Below, one piece after another: positions 9,807 through 18,455 of a stretch of 64,000 nt of DNA (position 1 is its first letter; every line of letters begins with the position of its first letter). Origin of the DNA: an uncultured bacterium (lineage in GTDB: Bacteria; Babelota; Babeliae; Babelales; RVW-14); the NCBI GenBank assembly GCA_963759805.1, contig CAVXAT010000008.1, forward strand, positions 1-64,000, in the 5' to 3' direction. The notes under the pieces were generated by a model that was not told the origin of the DNA, ran no database searches, and worked only from the letters and a program-made list of their open reading frames with translations. The position numbers and the translations under genes were made by a program.

Positions 9807-11349
9807 GGCTATTCATAAACGATTATTTGTTGTTACCACAATAATAATTTTTAACATTCTTTATATTGCCGCAGTATTTCCTGCACAAAGGCCAGCCCCA
9901 CAGCCTGCACAGCAACCTACACAACAATTAGCAGAGCTGCGATCAGATATAGATATTGCAAAAGCAGAAACTGAAAAAGTTTGGGACAATTTAGCTGCTG
10001 CGCTGCTTAGAATAAATAAAATAAACTTAATATCAAGGGAAGCGGCTGAAGAAGTCGTACGTACTCGTAAAGATAACATTGAAGCAATAACAAGAATTGA
10101 AGCGCTACGAATTAGTACGGAACAGGTTCAAGGTGTACTTGCAGCAGTAGGACACTCTGTTACAAATTTTGCACGTGAGGTTGAGCAGGTGAGTATAAAA
10201 GAAAAGGCAGGTATCACAGCACATGCAGCGGAAGCAGGAAAATTGCTAGAAAAATCTATTGATGAAGCTTTTAAAAAAAACAACAATCCCGAGCTAGCGA
10301 AAGAGAAAGCAAAAATTATGGCTCAAATAAAATGGGAAAAAATTCAAGAAATTATAAGTGACCCAAAGCTTTTGACGAAAATTGCTATTACAATTGTAGT
10401 CATTGCATTGTGTATCTACATACTCAAATATGGCTTACCAGTACTTGTAAATTATTTGACAAGACCACGTGTTATAAGTGAAACATCAAGACCTGGATTG
10501 TTTGAATGGTTTAAACCAAAACAAACCGTTAATATTGATGACTTAATTTTTACACCCTCTCTGCAAAATCAACTTTTTGATCTCTTATTACGCGTACAAA
10601 CGGCAAAAAAATATAATGAAGGGCTTCCCAATGTCCTTTTTCACGGAGCTCCAGGAACTGGCAAGACCGCATTTGTTAAAGCATTGGCTTATGAATCAGG
10701 ACTTGATTATGCATTAACATCTGGTTCAGAATTTGCAAAAATTACGGACCTTAACCAGGCTAACAACGAATTACGAAAGCTCTTAAATTGGGCAAAAAGA
10801 AGCAAAAATGGACTGATTGTTTTTATTGACGAGGCTGAATCTTTGTTTGCAAATAGAAAGTTGCAAACCACATCCAAAGCAACACAAGACTTTATAAATA
10901 CATTTTTATCTCTCGTTTCAGATCAATCACAAAAAAAAGTTATGTTTATTTTCGCAACTAATCACCCATTTAAGCTTGATGATGCAATTACCAATCGCGT
11001 TGGAATAAACATTGAGTTTACTTTGCCAGAAGCACCCGAACGAGAAAAAATTCTTTCTGTATATCTTGTAAAATCTGCCCAAGAAAATGAAGCTGCTATT
11101 GTTGATTTGCATCCAGACGTTATAAAATTGCTTCCAATGTATGCAGATGAGCTTAAAGGGTTTTCGCCACGAGCTATTAAATTTGTTGCCGAAGAGATGA
11201 TTATTAATGCACGACGACAAGAATCTATGCAGTTAACTAATGACATTGCGCAAGCAGTAATGGACCAGGCAAAACATAGCTTGCGGCAAGCAGTTCTGTG
11301 GGAAACAGAACGTAAAGCATGGAGTGGAGATTCAAATGTTATTCATTAG
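9805..11349 (+). CDS. AAA+ ATPase, ATAD3-like, with signal peptide, coiled coil and TM segment
   Basis: Walker A GAPGTGKT, Walker B VFIDEAE, SGLDYA, ATNHP..LDDAITNR; ISETSR after the TM helix as in ATAD3. Confidence 0.8.
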   Translation: MAIHKRLFVVTTIIIFNILYIAAVFPAQRPAPQPAQQPTQQLAELRSDIDIAKAETEKVWDNLAAALLRINKINLISREAAEEVVRTRKDNIEAITRIEALRISTEQVQGVLAAVGHSVTNFAREVEQVSIKEKAGITAHAAEAGKLLEKSIDEAFKKNNNPELAKEKAKIMAQIKWEKIQEIISDPKLLTKIAITIVVIALCIYILKYGLPVLVNYLTRPRVISETSRPGLFEWFKPKQTVNIDDLIFTPSLQNQLFDLLLRVQTAKKYNEGLPNVLFHGAPGTGKTAFVKALAYESGLDYALTSGSEFAKITDLNQANNELRKLLNWAKRSKNGLIVFIDEAESLFANRKLQTTSKATQDFINTFLSLVSDQSQKKVMFIFATNHPFKLDDAITNRVGINIEFTLPEAPEREKILSVYLVKSAQENEAAIVDLHPDVIKLLPMYADELKGFSPRAIKFVAEEMIINARRQESMQLTNDIAQAVMDQAKHSLRQAVLWETERKAWSGDSNVIH

Positions 11350-12448
11350 CCTTCTCCCGAAACCCAACAAATCCCCCAAGCCCGCTCGTGGTGAGCTTGT
11401 CGAACCATCGACCGTCTTGTCCGTCGTAGCTCGAAGAGCGAAGTCGGAAGGGCGACGGACAAAGTTTCTGATTTTCACAAATTTGAGATATCTGTTTTTT
11501 TGCTTTGCATGTTTTATTGCTTTGAGTAATCACAGTCCATTATTAGCACAAGATACTGGTGAAAATATAGCTTCTATACCGAAAAAAATGGGCACTGACG
11601 AGTTTAAGGCGCTTGTAGAAAATATTTATGATCTTCTCCTCCAAGGACATTCGGCCGATGATATTGTAAAAATACTTGAGACTGAAAAAGCGGGCCCATA
11701 CAATATTAAAAAACTTGTAGCACACATTTATGATCTTTTAAATAAACAAAATTCACAGAATACAATCATAAACATTATTGTGAATAATAATGGATCTAAA
11801 GAATATCGCGCTCGAACAAATTTTTTAAACATTTTAACAAATCCAGCAACTTTTTACCTTGCATTAAAAATCATTGCCATCATTCTCGCTGTTATAGTTA
11901 CTTGTTACGTATTGGCACGATACTTTTCCGGAAAATCCGGTTTTTTCAATGGGGCACCACAACCTAAAAATAGGTGCTCTGTCAAAAATCTTAGTAAAAA
12001 ATCTAATGATTATGAATTGTCTAATCCGGATATCTTGCCTTTCGACAATGCGCCTCAATTAATTGAAAAACAAGAAATGCATGGACATGAAATTTCAGTG
12101 CAAGCTGCACCAAAAACACTGCCTGGAACGCATCCAACAAGTCAAAGCTGTGCGCCTGCGAGTGAGAAAACAGGTCCAGCAATAATACAAAATCAACAGT
12201 CCCCATCAGTAATTTGTATTAAAAAGATTGCGGTTAATGATGAATTAATGGAAGAAGCAAATAGAATGGTTGAATGTGCAATAAGCTTATGCCCCAATTT
12301 TGTAAAACCACCGCATGTAGATATACGAGGCATGCGTACTATCGGAGAGGCTGCCGCTAAAGAACCAATCGACACCCGAAAGCTCAGTGAAATAATAGAC
12401 GAAAGCATTAGTGAATTCAACAGATTGGGTGAACAACTTAGAAAATGA
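11336..12448 (+). CDS. Hypothetical secreted/membrane protein with a palindromic-element-derived N-terminal insert
   Basis: ATG 11336 with GGAG RBS; hydrophobic signal-like stretch and one TM helix; no recognised domain. Confidence 0.6.
   Translation: MLFISLLPKPNKSPKPARGELVEPSTVLSVVARRAKSEGRRTKFLIFTNLRYLFFCFACFIALSNHSPLLAQDTGENIASIPKKMGTDEFKALVENIYDLLLQGHSADDIVKILETEKAGPYNIKKLVAHIYDLLNKQNSQNTIINIIVNNNGSKEYRARTNFLNILTNPATFYLALKIIAIILAVIVTCYVLARYFSGKSGFFNGAPQPKNRCSVKNLSKKSNDYELSNPDILPFDNAPQLIEKQEMHGHEISVQAAPKTLPGTHPTSQSCAPASEKTGPAIIQNQQSPSVICIKKIAVNDELMEEANRMVECAISLCPNFVKPPHVDIRGMRTIGEAAAKEPIDTRKLSEIIDESISEFNRLGEQLRK
11348..11464. repeat. Palindromic element copy in the 5' end of the 11336 ORF
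   Basis: 11383-11408 is the exact reverse complement of 19141-19166 in gpmI; followed by a TTGTCCGTCG...CGACGGACAA hairpin. Confidence 0.8.
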
Positions 12449-12496
12449 TAATTATATTTTTAAAAAAAGTTAAAACATGGAGAGGGGGTAACTATT

Positions 12497-13381
12497 ATGA
12501 TGAAATATACGATGCAATCAATATTATTTACCGGACTGTTTTTTTTCAACTTGGTAAATGCAAATAACAATCGCATTGAATTTGCCAAGAACGAAGTTTT
12601 TATTCCAGAAAGATTAGGAAATCTTAAGCTTTATAAAGACTATTATGGATTTCATATTCGTAAAGACGGCGAAACTTATGACATCCCAAATTGTTTTTGT
12701 GATTCATTGTTACAAAGAATGTCCAATGAACAACTAGTGAATTTTTTAGGAAGAAACAAACCCCAAATTATTATTCTAACCCCGGAAGAATTTGCCCAAG
12801 TTAATAAGGATGTCTTTGTTGAAATAACTGAAGATGAAATGGTCAATCTTCTAAGCCAATTATTTGGCAGTGGATATATTTCAATTAACCAGATGGATGA
12901 TGGCGAATATATCCTTCGCGCTAAAATAAGGCTTCTGGGGGGAGTAGGAGAAGAATTAGGCAAAGCATTAAAAGATGGAGCAGTAGTAGCAGGAACGGTA
13001 GCGGGAGCAGGAATAGGAGGAGCAGCCATAGCAGGAGGAGTAATATCAGGAGCAACCGTATTCGCAGGATCAGCAGGAGAAGCCGTAGCAGCTGTATGGG
13101 CAGGTGGAGCATTATTGGGAGAAACAGGATCAGGAATAGCTATATCACTAGGAGCGGGAGCGCATACATTTGCCGCATTAGGTGGGGCAGCCGCAGCAGC
13201 AAGCACAGTCGTTGTACCGGTAACAATTATTGCAGGCGTGGTGTATTTAGGCTATTTAGGAATTAGATGGCTAACAAGACCCACTGAAGAACCTGTTGCA
13301 AATCCGCCTGCACCAAATGAAGAAGTGGCACTGCAATCAATGCCTGCAGCAAGAATACGTATTCTTCCGAAAGTCCAATAA
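12497..13381 (+). CDS. Secreted hypothetical protein with KIRLLGG motif followed by a Gly/Ala-rich hydrophobic region
   Basis: Signal peptide; RAKIRLLGG; GxxxG-rich segment and TM helix. Confidence 0.75.
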   Translation: MMKYTMQSILFTGLFFFNLVNANNNRIEFAKNEVFIPERLGNLKLYKDYYGFHIRKDGETYDIPNCFCDSLLQRMSNEQLVNFLGRNKPQIIILTPEEFAQVNKDVFVEITEDEMVNLLSQLFGSGYISINQMDDGEYILRAKIRLLGGVGEELGKALKDGAVVAGTVAGAGIGGAAIAGGVISGATVFAGSAGEAVAAVWAGGALLGETGSGIAISLGAGAHTFAALGGAAAAASTVVVPVTIIAGVVYLGYLGIRWLTRPTEEPVANPPAPNEEVALQSMPAARIRILPKVQ

Positions 13382-13511
13382 AATAACAAAAAGAAAATGC
13401 GAATTGAAAGACAACAAAATAATTAAATGGCAACCCGATGCTCAATAGCTAGCGCCATATATTTGGTAAAAAACTTGTTTAGCATTACGAGCAGATCCGT
13501 AAAGCCCACAT

Positions 13512-14474
13512 TTATAGGTTGGGAATAAGTTGATCGTCCGTTAAAAGTAAAGATACTAGTGCGGCTGGAATAGATACTTTAGAAAGTTCAGGAGAAAGCT
13601 TTTTCCTAGCATCGCAGTATTTTTTTATAAGAAATATCCAGCAGCTCCATGCTCCTAATGTTGATAAGACATGGGCTATTTTAAGAGGAGTATCTGCAAC
13701 GCCCATGTATTCTTTCCATATTTCCACGCCATCTCCACCTCGATATGGTGTGCATCCATAGAAGAGATCGAAAATAAGAGATAAACATATTACAAGAGTT
13801 GTATTAATCAAGAAACGCTTTTGTTTAATGGATAAGTTTTTTGTATTCAAAATGTAAGAAAATGGACTAGCTCCATTGAGGAAGCTTTTTAAAGTTATTT
13901 CGGATAATTTTTTATTATCACAGTAAGCGCAGTATCCTGTTATAGCCGATAGTAAAAAATACATAAATGCTGCAGCGGACAGGCCCCCTGCGACTGTTAC
14001 GGTTGCTGGATAGATAGCAACCTTGCTTTGTTTTACGTCTACATAATCTCCAAAGTCTGTTAGGCCTCTCGTCCAAGGTATCGTTTTATAAAAATGCATA
14101 TTTTTTCCTAATGAAAAAAGCTTAGGAGTTGTCTCTGGCGTTCTCGTTCCTATGCGAATTTGAATTGGCTTATGTAAATAAAATAAGGATTTTGCAGAAG
14201 CAGCATGTCCTAATTCATGGGTTATGGTGCCCATGGAAAAAATGGCAAGCTCTAGTGTTTCTATCTGTGCAAAATCAATAAGAAATTCTTTGCATAGCTC
14301 TTTAAATTCATTGTTATTATTTGAAGTATGATTTTGTACTAGATTAGTATCTGCGCATGAAGTTTCATCAACAAATTCTGCATCTTTAATTGAACTTGTA
14401 ACATCATCAGGTGTTTGCGCACCGATTGATACAAATGTTATCAATAATAAACAATATTTTAACGTTTTTAGCAT
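13512..14474 (-). CDS. Membrane zinc metalloprotease (M50-like)
   Basis: THELGH (HExxH), AGG, and TPYRGGDG resembling the NxxPxxxxDG motif; several TM helices; likely start ATG 14474. Confidence 0.6.
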   Translation of the reverse strand: MLKTLKYCLLLITFVSIGAQTPDDVTSSIKDAEFVDETSCADTNLVQNHTSNNNNEFKELCKEFLIDFAQIETLELAIFSMGTITHELGHAASAKSLFYLHKPIQIRIGTRTPETTPKLFSLGKNMHFYKTIPWTRGLTDFGDYVDVKQSKVAIYPATVTVAGGLSAAAFMYFLLSAITGYCAYCDNKKLSEITLKSFLNGASPFSYILNTKNLSIKQKRFLINTTLVICLSLIFDLFYGCTPYRGGDGVEIWKEYMGVADTPLKIAHVLSTLGAWSCWIFLIKKYCDARKKLSPELSKVSIPAALVSLLLTDDQLIPNL

Positions 14475-14506
14475 GCGGTAAATTCCTTCACTATTCCTGC
14501 ACAAAG

Positions 14507-14711
14507 GAGGTGCTGTAGGTTTCTATGGTATCCTGTCAGCAAAAAAAAGCTACGTTTTATTGAAATTTATTGAAATAATCCTAACGAGTTCTATAGACTA
14601 TTTTTAGATGAATCGATTTAAAAATCAGAGAAATTGGGAAGAGGGGGACTTGCAATGCTAAAAGCTAGACTACTTTTATTACTTTTAATTAGTACGTTTG
14701 GAATCCTGCAT
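14507..14711 (+). repeat. Direct repeat copy 2 of the promoter/RBS/signal-start block
   Basis: Matches 9602-9806. Confidence 0.9.
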
Positions 14712-15974
14712 ATAAACACTTTAAAAGCTAAAAATCCAAATATTTTTAAACAAATTTTAACCGATTTGAAGCAAAATCAAAGCCCAGAGGTGATTAGTCT
14801 CTTGAAACAAGCAGAACAAAAAGCTGCAATGCTAGAAAATCAAACAGATTTAAGAATAAAAAAATTGGAAAAGGACGCAGTGGGACAAGTAACCCAAATA
14901 AATAAAAATCTTGAACAGGACATCGAAGCTGTCTGCCAAAAAGCCTATGATGACACCTCATCAATTAAACAGTCAGCTACTCAGGAGACACAAGAGCTAA
15001 CAACACAAGCTAAACAAAAATTAAGTGCAATTGATATCCAAATCAAACAAAACATCGCAAGATTTAAAAAAGATGCCGTTTTAAAAATTCTTGCGATAAT
15101 AGACAAAGCAGATGAAGAGGCACTTAAAATCCGAAAAGCTAAACGTCAACAAATGACCTTGGACGAGCTGCAAGAATCACTTGATCGAATCCCATCTGTT
15201 GAAATGTATAATTTGACACAGTCTTCTCTTAACTTTGACCCCATTCCGGAAAATCTTAAAATTTCGGCCGAAAATGAATTTAATACAAATACTGCACTAC
15301 TTCAAAAAATAATTTTAGATGCAGAAAATCCTGAACAAATCAGTGATTTCTCAAATAAATTTGAAAATCAAAAAATTTGGTTTGATAAGACGCTGCGCTC
15401 ATCAAAATACATGTCAGACCCTTACTACAACCAAATTATAAACAAAAACGCTCAGCTTGATCGCCTAGCAACGGCAGTTAAAAAATCCGATTCCATTATC
15501 GAAAATCTAGAACTGAGTGAAGAGCAAAAAAAGAAAATTCGCTTGAATTTTCTTTATGAAATTAACTCTGAGCAGAAACAAAAATCTATCCCAAGTATGT
15601 CGGATAAGCAAATCAGGCTTCTGACAATTAAGATTATTGAAGATATTAGCGGAAAAAAGGCAAGTGACTTTCCGGAATTGCAGTTGGCAAAAATACAATT
15701 CAGGGAAAAAACTGAAAGGCTTGATCAACAAATGCTTGAGTTGCAAATTACAAATAAAGAATTATTGGAGAAAGTCGACGAAAACAGCAAAATAACTAGC
15801 GACATGAAAAAATTAATATCCGAGTTAAACAATCAAAAAAAAGAGTGCGAAAATAAAGTAGAATTAGCTGAACAAGTATGCAATTTAAAAATAAAAGAAC
15901 AATCAGCATTCCAAATTGAGCAAGAAAATAAGGATAAAATAAATCAAGAATTACATAATTTTATTAAAAAATAG
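14655..15974 (+). CDS. Secreted coiled-coil hypothetical protein
   Basis: ATG 14655 after GAGGGGG RBS; signal peptide MLKARLLLLLLIS; Q/K/E-rich heptads. Confidence 0.7.
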   Translation: MLKARLLLLLLISTFGILHINTLKAKNPNIFKQILTDLKQNQSPEVISLLKQAEQKAAMLENQTDLRIKKLEKDAVGQVTQINKNLEQDIEAVCQKAYDDTSSIKQSATQETQELTTQAKQKLSAIDIQIKQNIARFKKDAVLKILAIIDKADEEALKIRKAKRQQMTLDELQESLDRIPSVEMYNLTQSSLNFDPIPENLKISAENEFNTNTALLQKIILDAENPEQISDFSNKFENQKIWFDKTLRSSKYMSDPYYNQIINKNAQLDRLATAVKKSDSIIENLELSEEQKKKIRLNFLYEINSEQKQKSIPSMSDKQIRLLTIKIIEDISGKKASDFPELQLAKIQFREKTERLDQQMLELQITNKELLEKVDENSKITSDMKKLISELNNQKKECENKVELAEQVCNLKIKEQSAFQIEQENKDKINQELHNFIKK

Positions 15975-16158
15975 GCATTTCGAATTAAACCATGATTATT
16001 ATGCATAAATACAACGGTTTGTAATTTTTTTAAAAATGCTTAGGACATTAATATTTCTTATGCTACCATAAAAGAGAGAGAAGGGTTTATCATATCTAAT
16101 TGTCTTTAATTTAAAATTCGAGATAATTAGGTAAAAACCTAGAAAAAGAGGAGATTGC

Positions 16159-16341
16159 ATGAAGTGTCCAAAGTGCGGAGGTTTACTGGTTGTTCAGTCA
16201 TTCTTTGACCACTTCATAAATTTCGAGGGTTGGAAGTGTATAAATTGTGGTAAAATTATAGAAAAAAAAGAAAATACATTAAAAGATGATGCATTCAGCC
16301 TCTTTTATCAGCGTCAAAAGTTAAAAAAACAACACGAATAA
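16159..16341 (+). CDS. Small zinc-ribbon protein
   Basis: CPKCGG...WKCINCG; strong GAGGAG RBS. Confidence 0.75.
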   Translation: MKCPKCGGLLVVQSFFDHFINFEGWKCINCGKIIEKKENTLKDDAFSLFYQRQKLKKQHE

Positions 16342-16345
16342 ACTT

Positions 16346-17032
16346 ATGTCAGTCAAATTTGCCAGCATTCATGGAACAAGCAACAAACTCGATATCGCAC
16401 TATTTCAAGACCAAGAATGTCTAGATTCGGTCACCAAATTAGATTCGCGAGCCAGCTCAGATCTTCTTCCCATTTTGGACTCACTTTTAAAAAATCATAA
16501 CTTGTTACTTTCAGATCTATCCTTCATCACTGTGGATAAAGGTCCCGGCGCTTTTACATCACTGCGCGTTACAATTGCAACGGTCAACGGCATCGCATTT
16601 AACAATAAAATTCCATTGATAGGAATCAACAGCCTGGAAGCTCTAACCAGGGAAGCTTTGCACGCTGATCCCGATGCCAAAAATTTAGGCACCCAAAATA
16701 TTGTCACGCTTTTAAATGCTTACAATAACGACGTTTATTTTTTAGTCGCAGAATCTGCGCAGGGGTGTCAAAATATTGATGTGCTACTCGATGACATAAA
16801 ATTAAAATTTAAAGATCAGAAAATCCTGTTCTGTGGGCAAGGCAGCCAACTTTACAAAGCTAGCATCGAACACATGTTTGCAGATCAAGCGGTAATACTC
16901 GATGAACCATTACTGGCGTCTGCAATAACCGTCGGTCAGATGGGATATGAATACTGGTTAAAAAAAGAGAATATAGAAAACCAAATCACGCCTCTGTATA
17001 TAAAAACGCAATATTTTGCTATCAGAAAATAA
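16346..17032 (+). CDS. tsaB: tRNA threonylcarbamoyladenosine biosynthesis protein TsaB
   Basis: GPGAFTSLRV, GINSLEAL, C-terminal PLY. Confidence 0.9.
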   Translation: MSVKFASIHGTSNKLDIALFQDQECLDSVTKLDSRASSDLLPILDSLLKNHNLLLSDLSFITVDKGPGAFTSLRVTIATVNGIAFNNKIPLIGINSLEALTREALHADPDAKNLGTQNIVTLLNAYNNDVYFLVAESAQGCQNIDVLLDDIKLKFKDQKILFCGQGSQLYKASIEHMFADQAVILDEPLLASAITVGQMGYEYWLKKENIENQITPLYIKTQYFAIRK

Positions 17033-17034
17033 CT

Positions 17035-17841
17035 TTATTTAGCACTTCTGACACCACCTAATCCAACAATAACAGCCTCACGTGCGCGTAATACCGTTGG
17101 GGTGAGGACATACGTTACAAAGCCAAGATCAGATAACTGCTTTTCCTCGTGACCTGTTAGCCCACCCTCCGGCCCAAAGAATAAAATAATATCCGGATCT
17201 TTACTCTCTTTGATTTTGTTAAGCAAATCGATAAAGCAGCCACCGCTTGGATCAAAATAAATTTTTAGGCTTTCCCGCCCCTCTGGCAACCTTGTGTCAA
17301 TTTGCTTGGCAATATCTTGCATTTCAATATCCTGAATTTTAACAGGCTCGCAAATTTCAGGTAAAAAGAAATTTTTTGACTGCTCACATGCAGCCACCAT
17401 AATATTGAATAATCTTTCACTCTCTTTTTTCCCACCCCATGGCCGCTGCACTTTATCAGACAAAATTGGAATGATTTTATTAACACCCATCTGCGCGCAG
17501 GCATATACCACATCCTCAAATGCATCTTTTTTCAGAAGACATGGCATCAACGTTATATTCGGTTTTAGCGCCTGGCTGTACTGAACAGATTCTATCTGTA
17601 CTACTACAAACTCTTTTTTGGTAAATGTTTTATCCAAAACAGTCGCAATAGCATTTACATGCTGGTCAAATAACACCAATTTCTGTCCCGCCCTTAAACG
17701 CAGCACCTTGGTCAACCTCTGCCATAAATCATAGTCAATAAACTCGATTTGGCTTCCGCCGGTAAAATGTCCAGAAATATACCCAGAAATATATTGGGAC
17801 AAATCTTTATAAAATAAAGCAAAAAGATGTTTTTCGTTCAT
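17035..17841 (-). CDS. rsmE: 16S rRNA m3U1498 methyltransferase RsmE
   Basis: KVLRL, ACEQS, GPEGG, VLRA motifs. Confidence 0.9.
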   Translation of the reverse strand: MNEKHLFALFYKDLSQYISGYISGHFTGGSQIEFIDYDLWQRLTKVLRLRAGQKLVLFDQHVNAIATVLDKTFTKKEFVVVQIESVQYSQALKPNITLMPCLLKKDAFEDVVYACAQMGVNKIIPILSDKVQRPWGGKKESERLFNIMVAACEQSKNFFLPEICEPVKIQDIEMQDIAKQIDTRLPEGRESLKIYFDPSGGCFIDLLNKIKESKDPDIILFFGPEGGLTGHEEKQLSDLGFVTYVLTPTVLRAREAVIVGLGGVRSAK

Positions 17842-17844
17842 TTT

Positions 17845-18351
17845 TCAGTTTTGAGGCGCAACAACCTTTTTATTTTTTTGATTCAAAAAATATATACCCA
17901 CCAAGGCCACGACTATTGTACCTGCAACCAGGCCATAGGCATACTCTCTTTGATTACGTAAAAAGTGTTTTACAGCAGAGTCTTTATACTCTCCGGTTTG
18001 TACTTTTAACCAGAACCAATATAAATCCATCTTATCACCGAACGTAAGGGGCTTTTCAATTAAAGAAATTTCATCTAAAGAGATGTCACTCAAAGAAATA
18101 CTGTCCGAAGGGTTATCATCACAGGGGCCACCACAGGGACCACCACAGACATCATCATAGACATCATCATACGCATAGTCGTAGACATCGTCCGAAGAAA
18201 CATCATCAACTAATTTATCTGCCTGTAATTTATCCGTCTGCTCTTGCAAAGAAATCTCCACCCCAGGCTGATCATCAGCTCTAACAAATCCAAATCCCAA
18301 GCAGATAGAAAATAAAATACTGCTGTATAATATTGCCAAACAGCGCTTCAT
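17845..18351 (-). CDS. Hypothetical acidic protein with signal peptide and C-terminal TM anchor
   Basis: Signal peptide, Asp-rich 4-residue repeats, C-terminal TM helix and basic tail. Confidence 0.7.
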   Translation of the reverse strand: MKRCLAILYSSILFSICLGFGFVRADDQPGVEISLQEQTDKLQADKLVDDVSSDDVYDYAYDDVYDDVCGGPCGGPCDDNPSDSISLSDISLDEISLIEKPLTFGDKMDLYWFWLKVQTGEYKDSAVKHFLRNQREYAYGLVAGTIVVALVGIYFLNQKNKKVVAPQN

Positions 18352-18455
18352 AGTGTTATCCTTTTTTTAAAATTAACAATTTTTGGATTTTAGACATGTA
18401 TTTTACCGTAAAACAAGTTTTTTTGAAAATATATCAAAATTAAAGTGATTTTTTT

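Noticed and set aside
12676..13206. 176-aa Pro/Ala-rich antisense ORF
   Set aside because: Shadow of the Gly/Ala codons on the sense strand.
17270..17300. GC-rich patch in rsmE (TRLPEGRE) as another palindrome insert
   Set aside because: No convincing hairpin or match to the module consensus; too short to support.
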